Shown here: piece after piece, positions 49,186 to 60,321 of the stretch
How positions within the stretch are numbered: the stretch's first letter is position 1
How the letters are laid out: every line of letters starts with the position of its first letter
Origin: Longimicrobiales bacterium
Lineage (GTDB): Bacteria; Gemmatimonadota; Gemmatimonadetes; Longimicrobiales; Gaopeijiaceae
Length of the DNA stretch: 64,000 nucleotides
Direction of reading: 5' to 3'
Assembly (NCBI GenBank): GCA_965116905.1
Contig: OZ220732.1
Location: 2,816,001-2,880,000 of the forward strand
Translations under genes and position numbers: made by a program
Notes under the pieces: model-generated
Seen by the model: only the letters and a program-made list of their open reading frames with translations
Database searches by the model: none
What the model was told of the DNA's origin: nothing

Positions 49186-50256
49186 ATGCGCTCGAACTGG
49201 AAGATGCTGCTGGGGCTGGCCGTCGTCGCGGCCCTGCTCTGGTGGCTGTTCCGCGACGCCGACCTTGCGGAGGTGTGGGCCACGATCCGCGCCGCCAATC
49301 CGGTCTACCTCGTGGCCACTTGCGTGGTGGCCATGGGCGCATTCGCGGCCCGCGCGGCACGCTGGCGCTTTCTGCTTGCCCCCGCGCAGCCCCGGAGCCC
49401 CTACCGGTCGCGATTCGCGGCCGTCTGCGTGGGCTTCATGGCGAACAACCTGCTGCCCTCGGGGCGCGTCGGCGAGCTCGGACGGGCGTACGCCTACAGC
49501 CGGCTGGAGCCGGTGTCCACGGCCACCGCGTTTGCCACCCTCATTGTCGAGCGGCTGCTCGACGGCGTCGCCATATTCGCTCTGGCGACGCTCGCGGTCC
49601 TGAGCGCGACCTTCCCCGCCGAGTCGCTGCCCGAGGTGCTGGTCGCCGGAATTCGCGGTGTGACGCTGCTCCTCGGACTCGTGCTGGTGGGGACCCTGGC
49701 CGTCGTCGCGTCTCCGGCGAAAAGTGTGCGCCTCTTCGGCGCCGTCGCCAGACGCGTGCTGCCCCAGCGCATGGCAGCCGGCTTCGACGCGCTGTTCCAG
49801 GGAATCGTGGCCGGGCTGGCTTCGATGCGGGGCTGGCGCCATATCGTGCCCGCCCTGCTGTGGAGCTTCGTGGTGTGGGTCCTCCAGTCGCTTTCGTTCT
49901 GGATCGGGTTCGCGGCATTCGGCATCGATCTGCCCTTCGCCGCCGCCCTGTTTACGAACGCGGCCATTGCGGTTGCGGTGGCGGTCCCCGCGCCGCCCGG
50001 GTACCTCGGGACCTTTCAGCTCGGGGCGCTGGCCGCGCTTGTCCAGGTCTACTCCGTGGCGGAGGAGGCCGCGATCGGCTTCGCGGTCGGATGGCATTTC
50101 GTCAACTTCTTCCCCATCACCCTGGCCGGACTGTGGTACGCCCGGCGAATCGGGATCACCTTCAGGGACTTCGCTAAGCGAGGCGAGGGGTCCGCGGGCA
50201 CGTCCGGCGCCGGAACCTCCCCGGAGGTGGGCGCGGCGGGGGGCACGCCCCGGTGA
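49186..50256 (+). CDS. Lysylphosphatidylglycerol synthase TM-domain / UPF0104 flippase-like protein
   Basis: RAARW, NNLLPSGRVGELGR, ERLLD, PGYLGTF; multiple TM segments. Confidence 0.85.
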   Translation: MRSNWKMLLGLAVVAALLWWLFRDADLAEVWATIRAANPVYLVATCVVAMGAFAARAARWRFLLAPAQPRSPYRSRFAAVCVGFMANNLLPSGRVGELGRAYAYSRLEPVSTATAFATLIVERLLDGVAIFALATLAVLSATFPAESLPEVLVAGIRGVTLLLGLVLVGTLAVVASPAKSVRLFGAVARRVLPQRMAAGFDALFQGIVAGLASMRGWRHIVPALLWSFVVWVLQSLSFWIGFAAFGIDLPFAAALFTNAAIAVAVAVPAPPGYLGTFQLGALAALVQVYSVAEEAAIGFAVGWHFVNFFPITLAGLWYARRIGITFRDFAKRGEGSAGTSGAGTSPEVGAAGGTPR

Positions 50257-51218
50257 GCCGGCACAGATCGGTCGGAGACGGCGTGCGGGCCCGAGTCACC
50301 ATCCCCTGTCCGGCCAAGGTCAACCTCTTCCTGCGCATCGTGGCCAGGGAGGACACCGGGTACCACCAGATCGAGACGCTGTTCCAGGCGGTCGGCCTGT
50401 ACGACCTCGTGGAGGCACGCATGGGCGACCCGGGGATCGCGCTGCACGTCACGCCGGGAGAGACGGACGCCGGACTGGGCAAGATCGTGGCCGAACTGCA
50501 GGAAGGGGATGACAACACGGTCCTGAGGGCGGCCCGCGCCTTCTTCGGCGCCACGCGGATCGCACCGGCGGTGTCACTCGTCCTGAGCAAATCGATCCCG
50601 GCCGGCACGGGACTCGGCGGCGCGTCCACCGATGCTGCCGGGACTCTCCTGGCCCTCAACGCGCTGCACGACCGGCCGCTGGCATCGGATCAACTCGTCG
50701 AAATCGGGGGCGCGATCGGAGCCGACGTACCCTTTTTCTGCATCGGCTCGCCGACCGCGCTGGCCTGGGGCAGGGGGGACCGCCTGCTGAGCTGCCCGCC
50801 ACCCCCCGCAGCCACGCTTGCCATCGTCGTACCGCGGAACCGGATCGCCACTGCCGAGGCCTACCGGGAGGTCTCGCGCGAACTTGCTCTGCCGGCCCCG
50901 CCGAGGCATCTGCCGGGTCTTGCGGAAGCCGGCTGGGAGGGCATCGCCGCACTGCAGGCCAACGACTTCGAGCGCGGCACGTTCGCTCGCCTGCCCGTGG
51001 CCGCCGAAGCACGGGACATCCTGGTGCGGGAGGGCGCGGCAGTCGCACGCATGACCGGGAGCGGGTCGGCGATCTTCGGGGTGTTCGAGGATCCCGCACA
51101 GGCGCGTCTTGCCGCGCACCGGGCCGGGATGATCACCGGAGTGGCGGCCACGCTGACCGCGCCGACGCTGACGGCGATGCCGCAGGCGGCCCGGCAGCGG
51201 ACCGGGCCGGGAATGTGA
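50253..51218 (+). CDS. ispE: 4-diphosphocytidyl-2-C-methyl-D-erythritol kinase
   Basis: PAKVNLFL, YHQIET, IPAGTGLGGASTDAA, GADVPF, MTGSGS. Confidence 0.93.
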   Translation: MSRHRSVGDGVRARVTIPCPAKVNLFLRIVAREDTGYHQIETLFQAVGLYDLVEARMGDPGIALHVTPGETDAGLGKIVAELQEGDDNTVLRAARAFFGATRIAPAVSLVLSKSIPAGTGLGGASTDAAGTLLALNALHDRPLASDQLVEIGGAIGADVPFFCIGSPTALAWGRGDRLLSCPPPPAATLAIVVPRNRIATAEAYREVSRELALPAPPRHLPGLAEAGWEGIAALQANDFERGTFARLPVAAEARDILVREGAAVARMTGSGSAIFGVFEDPAQARLAAHRAGMITGVAATLTAPTLTAMPQAARQRTGPGM

Positions 51219-51286
51219 ATCGCGGTTTACCGGATGTAGATTGCAATTGCCGTGATCGCCCGCGCGGGATCCCGGCGAAATCGTCA

Positions 51287-51357
51287 TGGCCCGTGGTCTA
51301 ATGGCAGGACACCGGTCTTTGGAACCGGGGGTGGTGGTTCGACTCCACCCGGGCCAA
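51287..51357 (+). tRNA. tRNA-Gln(UUG), CCA not encoded
   Basis: Acceptor stem TGGCCCG/CGGGCCA; anticodon arm CCGGT-CTTTGGA-ACCGG; T arm GGTGG-TTCGACT-CCACC. Confidence 0.95.
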
Positions 51358-51360
51358 TGC

Positions 51361-53157
51361 ATGTCGATTCCCGTTCCGTTGACCGCCGTGCTCCTGGCCG
51401 GCTTTTGCCTGGCTGGCGCCAAACCTGCCCCGGCATCCGGTACGGGTGCGGGCGGCGGCGGGGCTCGCTCCGGTCTCGCGGTGACGGCTGCCCCGGTCGC
51501 GCCGCGCCAGGCCGCACAGGCAGTCGACTCGGCCGACGCCCATTCCCGGGCGCGCAGCCTTCAGACCCGCTTCGAGCGCCGGCGCGTACGGGACCTCCCT
51601 CGCACTCTCGGCGGTGGCAGTCACCCCTGCGACGCGATCATCGGACGGCTTTGCATCTGGGACGACGGCGACGACGACTGGGAACCCAGGGAGGAGCCGG
51701 AGTCGATCAGGACCCGGCGCGTCGACCTGCTCTCCGAGCTGGCGTCGCTGGCCCGGGCCGCACCGGGTGACCACTGGATCTTCGGCCAGCGGATCCGCTA
51801 CAGCGTCGAGGCTGGACTCCTCGCCGAGGCGGAGGCGCTGGCGCGCGAGTGCGGGCTTCCGGCGCCCTGGCGCTGCGACGCGTTCCTGGGCTACGTGCAT
51901 CACCATCAGGAGGACTTCGTACCCGCGGAATCCGCGTTTGCGCGGGCACTCGCGGAGATGCCGGCGGACACGGCGGCGATCTGGGCCGATCCGTACCCCC
52001 TGCTGGACGGCGACCTTCGGGAATGGCTGGAGGCCCAACCGGACTCCGCGGCCGCCGCGGGGCGGCTGTGGACGCTTGCGGACCCGCTCCACGTGGTCGA
52101 CGGCAACGAACGGTGGAGCGCGCACCTCAGCCGGTTGGTGTACGCGATGAGCTCCGACGGGGCGATGAGCCCCCACCAGTTGCGCTGGGCCGAGGACATG
52201 ACGGAGGCGGTGGTGCGTTACGGATGGCCCGTCGCGTGGGAGCGCTCGTGGCCGCGTGCAGGCCAGAGCACCATCCAGGTCACCGGACGCGACCCCCCGG
52301 CCTCGGTGCGCACCCTGCCACCCCGCCAGGTGCTCGATGGCGGTCCCGACGGCATGGACGCGGTGGTGTGGGAAATCCCCGACGGCCACGCGCGCAGCGT
52401 CTACCTTCCCACGTACCTCGACACCCTGGGCCCGCTCGACGGGCAGACGGGCAGGTTCTGGCGCGACGATGGCGTGATCGTGATCGGCGTGGCGACCCCG
52501 CCGGATCCGCCGCCCGGCACGCCGCCCCCGGGGCCCGTGGAGGCCGGGCTGTTCGCGGAGACGGGAGGTGTGGCGCGGCCGCTCGAACGCGCGGTTGCGG
52601 AGGCGGGCGAGGTCGTGCGCCTGTCGGGAACGGCACCCTGGGTGGATCGAGGCGTTGTGAGCCTTGAGACCTGGAGGCCGGGCCACCGCCGGGCACATCG
52701 CCTTCGCAAGGGTGTCGGACTGCGCCGGCTGCCGCCCGACCTCCTGGCCATCTCGGATCTCCTGGTGCTCGAAGCCGGAGCGGAACCGGCCGGCTTCGAG
52801 GGGATGCTCGAACTCGTCAAGCCGTCCACTCATGTTCGCGCGGACGAGGATCTGACCGTGGCGTTCGAGGTCTACGGCCTGGGGTTTCGCGCCGAGGGCA
52901 TCGGCTTCAGTGCCTGGGTCGAACGGCGCAACGAGGGTGTGTTCTCGCGGTTCGGCCGCTGGCTGCGGGTGCGGGGCCCCCGCGAAGAGGTGTCGATTCG
53001 CTGGGAAGAGAGTGGTCCGGAGAGCCCGCAGCCACTCTTCCGAACGCTGACGCTCAGGCTTCCGGGACTCGACCCCGGTGAATACCAGGTGGTGCTTGAA
53101 GTGTCGGTGGCGGGAAGGGCGCCGCTGGTGGCACGCCGCGCTTTCGCGGTCTGGTGA
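51361..53157 (+). CDS. Hypothetical exported protein, GWxTD-like central domain
   Basis: Signal-like N-terminus, TPR-like helices, LWTLADPL...NERWSAHLSR...VRYGWP, Ig-like C-terminus. Confidence 0.6.
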   Translation: MSIPVPLTAVLLAGFCLAGAKPAPASGTGAGGGGARSGLAVTAAPVAPRQAAQAVDSADAHSRARSLQTRFERRRVRDLPRTLGGGSHPCDAIIGRLCIWDDGDDDWEPREEPESIRTRRVDLLSELASLARAAPGDHWIFGQRIRYSVEAGLLAEAEALARECGLPAPWRCDAFLGYVHHHQEDFVPAESAFARALAEMPADTAAIWADPYPLLDGDLREWLEAQPDSAAAAGRLWTLADPLHVVDGNERWSAHLSRLVYAMSSDGAMSPHQLRWAEDMTEAVVRYGWPVAWERSWPRAGQSTIQVTGRDPPASVRTLPPRQVLDGGPDGMDAVVWEIPDGHARSVYLPTYLDTLGPLDGQTGRFWRDDGVIVIGVATPPDPPPGTPPPGPVEAGLFAETGGVARPLERAVAEAGEVVRLSGTAPWVDRGVVSLETWRPGHRRAHRLRKGVGLRRLPPDLLAISDLLVLEAGAEPAGFEGMLELVKPSTHVRADEDLTVAFEVYGLGFRAEGIGFSAWVERRNEGVFSRFGRWLRVRGPREEVSIRWEESGPESPQPLFRTLTLRLPGLDPGEYQVVLEVSVAGRAPLVARRAFAVW

Positions 53158-53170
53158 CGGCGACTTCAGA

Positions 53171-53200
53171 CTGACACCACCGCAGGTGATTTGCTATAAT
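53171..53200 (+). promoter_or_regulatory. Sigma70 promoter for prs-rplY-pth
   Basis: CTGACA-N18-TATAAT with extended TGn. Confidence 0.7.
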
Positions 53201-53250
53201 ATACGGCTGTCACCGAAACGTCGGCTCCACCACCATACCCCCTCCCGGCC

Positions 53251-54240
53251 ATGGACGAAACCACCGGACGCGGACCTCTGCTCCTGCTCGCGGGACGGGC
53301 AAACCGTCCCCTCGCGCGTGAGATCGCCGACATGCTGGGCACGTCGGCGGAAGGGGTGACGATCTTCAACTTCGCGGACGGCGAGATCTTCGTTCGCATC
53401 GACCGGAACGCGCGCGGGCGCGACGTGTTCATCGTCCAGCCGACCGTGGCCGGGGCTGACAACATCCTGGAGCTGCTGCTCCTGGTGGATGCGGCCAAGC
53501 GCGCTTCGGCGGCCCGCGTGACAGCCGTGGTCCCGTATTTCGGCTACGGCCGCCAGGACCGGAAGGATCAGCCCCGCGTCTCCATCGGGGCCAAGCTGGT
53601 CGCTAACCTCATGGTGGCCGCCGGGGCGGACAGGGTGGTGAGCATCGACTTCCACCAGCACCAGATCCAGGGCTTCTTCGACATTCCGGTCGACCACCTC
53701 TACGCGGCTCCGGTCTTTACCGCCTACTTCCGCGGCAAGGAGTTGCCGGACCTGGTCGTGGTGGCGCCGGACGTGGGTTCGGCCAAGATGGCGCGCGGGT
53801 TCGCAAAACGCCTCGGCGCGTCCCTCGCAATCATCGACAAGCGGCGACCCGCGGCCAACGTGTCCGAAGTGCTCAACGTGGTTGGAGACGTGGACAATCG
53901 CACCTGCCTCATCACCGACGACATGATCGATACCGGCGGTACGATCGCGCAGGCCGTGCAGGCGCTCATCGACCGGGGCGCGCGCAGCGTTTACGTGGCC
54001 GCTACCCACGCCCTGCTTTCCGGCGAGGCGGTGGCCCGGCTCTCCGCCGCTCCGCTCGAGGAGCTGGTCGTCACGAATACCATCGACATCCCCGAGTCCA
54101 AGAGATTCGACCGCCTCAGAGTGCTTTCCGTGGCGGACCTCCTGGCCCGGGCGATCACCTACATTCACTCGAACGCATCGGTCAGCCAGCTGTTCGAACT
54201 GAGAGACCAAAAAGACCCGCCGAAGATCGCTCTGGCTTGA
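53251..54240 (+). CDS. prs: Ribose-phosphate pyrophosphokinase
   Basis: FADGE, PYFGYGRQDRK, QIQGFFD, DDMIDTGGT. Confidence 0.97.
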   Translation: MDETTGRGPLLLLAGRANRPLAREIADMLGTSAEGVTIFNFADGEIFVRIDRNARGRDVFIVQPTVAGADNILELLLLVDAAKRASAARVTAVVPYFGYGRQDRKDQPRVSIGAKLVANLMVAAGADRVVSIDFHQHQIQGFFDIPVDHLYAAPVFTAYFRGKELPDLVVVAPDVGSAKMARGFAKRLGASLAIIDKRRPAANVSEVLNVVGDVDNRTCLITDDMIDTGGTIAQAVQALIDRGARSVYVAATHALLSGEAVARLSAAPLEELVVTNTIDIPESKRFDRLRVLSVADLLARAITYIHSNASVSQLFELRDQKDPPKIALA

Positions 54241-54268
54241 GCGCTTCGGGCGGCGCAGGGAACACGAC

Positions 54269-54928
54269 ATGGAAGCGAAACTGAACCTCCAGAGACGCGG
54301 CGACTCCGGTAAGGGCGTCGCCCGCAAGCTCCGCCGAGCCGGGCGCGTCCCCGGCATCATCTACGGCGGCGGCGACGAACCGGTCCTGGTCTCGATGGAA
54401 GCCCGCGAAACGCTGCAGCTCTTCCAGTCCATCCCGGTGGACAACACCATCCTCCATCTTTCGCTCGATGGCGAAGCAGACCCCGAACAGGCGCTCGTCA
54501 GGGAAGTGCAGGTGCATCCGTACCGTACCGAACTCCTCCACGTCGACTTCATTCGCGTCCGGCGCGGGGTTCCCATCGAGGTGCATGTGCCGGTGCATCT
54601 CATGGGCCTGCCGGACGGGGTGCGCAACGACGGAGGAATCCTCGACCAGGTTGCGCATGACATCATCGTGAAATGCGTCCCGGCGCTGATTCCGGAGGCC
54701 ATTGAGGTGGACGTCACGCAGCTCGGCGTGGGGGATGTCCTCCGGGCCGGTGACCTCGCGATGCCCGAGGGTGTCGAGAACCTTGTCGATCCCGAACGCA
54801 TGATCTGCGGCGTCGGGGCCGCGAGGCTTGACGACGAAGACCTGGAGGAGGAGGAGGAAGAAGAAGGACTCGAGGTTGAGCCCGGGACGGAGGCCCCGAC
54901 GAGTGAGTCCGCAGAGGACGAGGATTGA
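54269..54928 (+). CDS. rplY: 50S ribosomal protein bL25/Ctc
   Basis: GKGVARKLRRAGRVPGIIYG, LLHVDF, acidic tail. Confidence 0.95.
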   Translation: MEAKLNLQRRGDSGKGVARKLRRAGRVPGIIYGGGDEPVLVSMEARETLQLFQSIPVDNTILHLSLDGEADPEQALVREVQVHPYRTELLHVDFIRVRRGVPIEVHVPVHLMGLPDGVRNDGGILDQVAHDIIVKCVPALIPEAIEVDVTQLGVGDVLRAGDLAMPEGVENLVDPERMICGVGAARLDDEDLEEEEEEEGLEVEPGTEAPTSESAEDED

Positions 54929-55575
54929 GTCCGGCGGGCGCTACGGGTCCGGGTTTTGCACGCTACTCGTCCGATGCAACGGCGCCCTCGCCAGACGTGT
55001 CCGGCGCCGCACCCAAGCTTGTGCTGGGCCTGGGGAATCCCGGGCGGGAATACGACTCGACACGCCACAACGTCGGCTGGTGGGTGCTGGACCGGTTCGC
55101 CTTCGACCATGGCCTCGCGGCCTTCGAACGCCGGCGGGAGCGGCTCGAAACCTCCGGCACGATCGGCGGTCGGGAGATCCGGCTGGTCAAGCCCCGGACC
55201 TACGTGAACCGGAGCGGACTCGCCCTCGCGACGATTCGGCAAACCGCGGGATTCGAGACGGCGCGGGACCTTCTGGTCGTTGCCGACGACATCAATCTGG
55301 ATGTGGGACGGATCAGAATGCGGCCGGGCGGCGGTACGGGAGGCCACAAGGGTCTCCGGTCCGTGTCCGCCGTATTGGGGACTCGAACGTACGCCAGGCT
55401 GCGGATCGGCGTGGGCCTGGCACCCCCGGGCACCGATCTGGCGGCCTGGGTCCTCTCGGCCATGCCGGAGGAGGACGAAGACGTGGTCGTGGCCCTTCTG
55501 CCGGAGATGAGCCGGGCGGTCGCCGTCTGGGCCGAAGAGGGAGTGGAGGCCGCGATGAACCGCTTCAACCGATGA
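54925..55575 (+). CDS. pth: Peptidyl-tRNA hydrolase
   Basis: GLGNPG, TRHNVG, KPRTYVNRSG, GGHKGL, RLRIGVG; start may be the GTG near 54997. Confidence 0.95.
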   Translation: MSPAGATGPGFARYSSDATAPSPDVSGAAPKLVLGLGNPGREYDSTRHNVGWWVLDRFAFDHGLAAFERRRERLETSGTIGGREIRLVKPRTYVNRSGLALATIRQTAGFETARDLLVVADDINLDVGRIRMRPGGGTGGHKGLRSVSAVLGTRTYARLRIGVGLAPPGTDLAAWVLSAMPEEDEDVVVALLPEMSRAVAVWAEEGVEAAMNRFNR

Positions 55576-55611
55576 CCGCTTCAACCGATGAACCGCTTCA
55601 ACCGATGAACC
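55554..55611 (+). repeat. About 17-bp tandem repeat x3.5 across the pth stop
   Basis: GATGAACCGCTTCAACC / GATGACCGCTTCAACC / GATGAACCGCTTCAACC / GATGAACC. Confidence 0.9.
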
Positions 55612-55635
55612 CTACAACACAGGGAAAATGACGCC

Positions 55636-57699
<2,064 letters not shown>

Positions 57700-57736
57700 G
57701 GCCGGCTGCAATGTTCCCGCCAACGGAGGGTGAGCG

Positions 57737-58966
57737 ATGAGCGGGCGAAAGAGCGCTTCGTTCGACGGTGCCGTCGCGTTCGCGCAGGACCTGATCCGCA
57801 TCCCGTCGCTCCCGGGTGAGGAGGGCGAGCTCACGCACCGCGTGGTCGCCGAAATGGAGACGCTGGGCTACGACGGCGTCTACACGGACGAGCTCGGCAA
57901 CGCGATCGGCGTCGTGCGGGGCGGAGCTGGCGCCACGGTCATGCTGAGCGCCCATCTGGACATGGTCGCGGCCGGCGACCACGACGAATGGGAATACCCG
58001 CCCTTCGGCGGCGTCATAGCCGACGGCTGCCTGCATGGGCGCGGTGCCATGGACATCAAGGGACCCCTGGCGCTCCAGGTCCACGTGGCTGCTGCCCTGC
58101 GCGGCAGGGTGCCGGGAGACATCATCGTCGCCCACCCCGTCTACGAGGAACGCGGCGGCTGGGGAATGGACCACCTCACCCGGGTCGACGGCGGTCTGCG
58201 TCCCGACGTGGTGATCATCGGCGAGTCCACGCACGGCGACGTCGCGATCGGCCATCGGGGCCGGTGCGAGGTCGAGATCCTCGGGTACGGTCTGGCGGGC
58301 CACGCCTCGGCTCCGGATCGCGCCCGCAACGCGCTCGACCTGGCGCCCGCGATCCTGGCCGGGGTCAAGGACCTGGCGTCGGCCCAGGAGGCCGACGACG
58401 TGCTCGGCCGGGCCTCCGTGGTGGCGACGGGCATCGACGCCGTCCCGGCGAGCCTGAACGTGATTCCGGATCGCATCACCGTCACCCTCGATTGGCGCAT
58501 CCTTCCGGGAGACACCGAGGAGAGCCTGCTCACCCGCGTCCGCGACGCCCTGAAGCCGCACCTGAAGCGCATGGAGGCGGACGGCTGGCCCGGTGCCGGC
58601 GAATCGGTGGAGGTGCGTGTCGCGACCGAACGCCAGCGCGCGTATACGGGAGTGGAGGAGGAGCGCAGCATCCTCAGCCCCGGCTTCCTCATGGACCCCG
58701 ATCATCCCGTGGTCCTGGCGGCTGCGCGGGCCGTCGGGAAGCGAGTTCCGGACCGGTCCGGCGTCCCGGCCACCGTTCGCCCGTGGACGTTTGCCACAGA
58801 CGGAGGCTGGACATGCGGCGTGCGCGGCATCCCCACGATCGGCTTCGCTCCCGGCGAGGAACGCTACGCCCACACCAATACCGAGCGCCTCGATCTGGAT
58901 GAAGCCCGGTGGGGGTACGCGAAATACCTGGATCTGGTTCCCGCGGTGCAGACGGCCGCTCGGTAA
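57737..58966 (+). CDS. M20 family metallohydrolase (YgeY/ArgE/DapE-like)
   Basis: AHLDMV, GRGAMDIKG, EERG, IIGE, GHAS, AHT. Confidence 0.88.
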   Translation: MSGRKSASFDGAVAFAQDLIRIPSLPGEEGELTHRVVAEMETLGYDGVYTDELGNAIGVVRGGAGATVMLSAHLDMVAAGDHDEWEYPPFGGVIADGCLHGRGAMDIKGPLALQVHVAAALRGRVPGDIIVAHPVYEERGGWGMDHLTRVDGGLRPDVVIIGESTHGDVAIGHRGRCEVEILGYGLAGHASAPDRARNALDLAPAILAGVKDLASAQEADDVLGRASVVATGIDAVPASLNVIPDRITVTLDWRILPGDTEESLLTRVRDALKPHLKRMEADGWPGAGESVEVRVATERQRAYTGVEEERSILSPGFLMDPDHPVVLAAARAVGKRVPDRSGVPATVRPWTFATDGGWTCGVRGIPTIGFAPGEERYAHTNTERLDLDEARWGYAKYLDLVPAVQTAAR

Positions 58967-59006
58967 CCGGCCCGCCTCAGTCCGCTCGGTAACCGGCCGC
59001 CTCAGT
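58956..59006. repeat. 26/25-bp tandem duplication spanning both convergent stop codons
   Basis: CCGCTCGGTAACCGGC(C)CGCCTCAGT x2. Confidence 0.9.
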
Positions 59007-60084
59007 CCATCGGGACGGTCCGCAGCACCTTTCCGGCCACGCGATCAAAGATCTCGTCGAGACTCGTCCCGGTCACCGTCAGGCCATGGTTCTTCAACCC
59101 CACAACGCACCGGTTGGGGTCATCGGCCTCGCGCACGATGTCCGCTACCGCCTTGCCGAGTTCGCGCGTGCCGCAGGGGTAGTTGAACTCCGTTGACGGA
59201 ATCCCTTCCATCCAGCCGTGGAAGTGCAGGATCGCGCCGATCCCCGGGTGCTCCCGGTAGATCATCCAGTGCTCGATCGCATCGACGGAGACGCGCCTGG
59301 GCTCCACGGCCGGCGGGTGGCTCACGACCATGGCGTTCCGTTCGGCGTCATAGTCCTTGACCATGAGAATGTCGCGACCGATTGCCCGCAGGTTCGATTT
59401 GTCGACCCCGCTGGCGCTCATCCAGAACCACTTGTCGTCGAAGCGGGCCGAAACGTTGCCGTAGGAAAGCCCGCCGATGCCGAAGATCCGCTTCACGTGC
59501 CGGAAGTCGCGTGGCGTCAGAACCTCGTCCATGGGGAAGGGCGCCGGCAACAGGTCCAGTTCGTCCAGTTTCCTGCCGGCACGGTAGATCGACCGGGTGA
59601 TGTCGTCCCCGTCCCACAATTCCTTGGGAAGATCCGGCTGGAAGGCATTGTCGATGACCAGCGTCGAGGAGGCCATGGGCTCGATCCGGGCGTAGACCCG
59701 CTCGAAATAGGCCCCGGTCTCGGCCTTGCCCGGCACCACATAGTGGCCTTGCTCCATCGTAATGAAGTGGGCGTCCGGGTCCCCGCTGGACGACGGAATC
59801 AGCCCCACGGCCAGATTGGCCAGCGCACGGAGCAGCGTGGGATAGCCCTGCACGATGTGGTCCGTGAACGGAACCGGGAACTCCGTGACCGCGCAGACGA
59901 AAACGGCCTGTGCCTTCCTTCGAAACGGCTTCGGCTGCCCTTTCGGAAAGAAGTTGAAGATCAGCTTCGCTTCCTCGGACCGGGCGGTGTAGCGGTGCCC
60001 CTCCGCCTCCATGACCCTCCGCAGCCCCCGGGAGAACCACCGGAACGTGTCGCTGTCGGGCGATCCGACGAAAGCAAATGTCAT
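59002..60084 (-). CDS. Class II aldolase/adducin domain protein with uncharacterised N-terminal domain
   Basis: GNVSAR, SVDAIEHWMIY, ILHFHG, LKNHGL. Confidence 0.8.
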   Translation of the reverse strand: MTFAFVGSPDSDTFRWFSRGLRRVMEAEGHRYTARSEEAKLIFNFFPKGQPKPFRRKAQAVFVCAVTEFPVPFTDHIVQGYPTLLRALANLAVGLIPSSSGDPDAHFITMEQGHYVVPGKAETGAYFERVYARIEPMASSTLVIDNAFQPDLPKELWDGDDITRSIYRAGRKLDELDLLPAPFPMDEVLTPRDFRHVKRIFGIGGLSYGNVSARFDDKWFWMSASGVDKSNLRAIGRDILMVKDYDAERNAMVVSHPPAVEPRRVSVDAIEHWMIYREHPGIGAILHFHGWMEGIPSTEFNYPCGTRELGKAVADIVREADDPNRCVVGLKNHGLTVTGTSLDEIFDRVAGKVLRTVPMD

Positions 60085-60260
60085 GGAAAGGATATCCTCG
60101 GTGCATGGAGTTCGCGAACCGTACAAAAGGTTCACACTAAGCGCGAGAACGCAACCCCTCGCAAAGCGGCCGTCGCTGCGCCGTGGCGTCGGACACTTCA
60201 CGCCGTGGCCTCGAACACTTCACTTTGTGACGCGTCTCTGGCTACATTTACCCCACCATG

Positions 60261-60310
60261 TCCCGCTCCGCCAGGGAAGCGGAGCCCGTCACCACACGCG
60301 GTCCGAGGGA
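60261..60310 (+). promoter_or_regulatory. Candidate S6:S18 ribosomal protein leader RNA
   Basis: Anti-SD TCCC, hairpin GCTCCGC/GCGGAGC, immediately followed by CCG, then SD GAGGGA. Confidence 0.5.
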
Positions 60311-60321
60311 GTTCCCATCGC

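Noticed and set aside
51340..53170. Integrative element at tRNA-Gln
   Set aside because: No integrase, no duplicated tRNA 3' end at the far side, and no obvious compositional shift.
55554..55611. Repeat cluster as a possible CRISPR array
   Set aside because: Contiguous 16-17 bp units with no spacers and no cas genes.
59218..60321. Apparent 368-aa N-terminal extension on the S6-S18 ORF
   Set aside because: It is antisense to the aldolase gene; S6 homology and the SD begin at ATG 60322.
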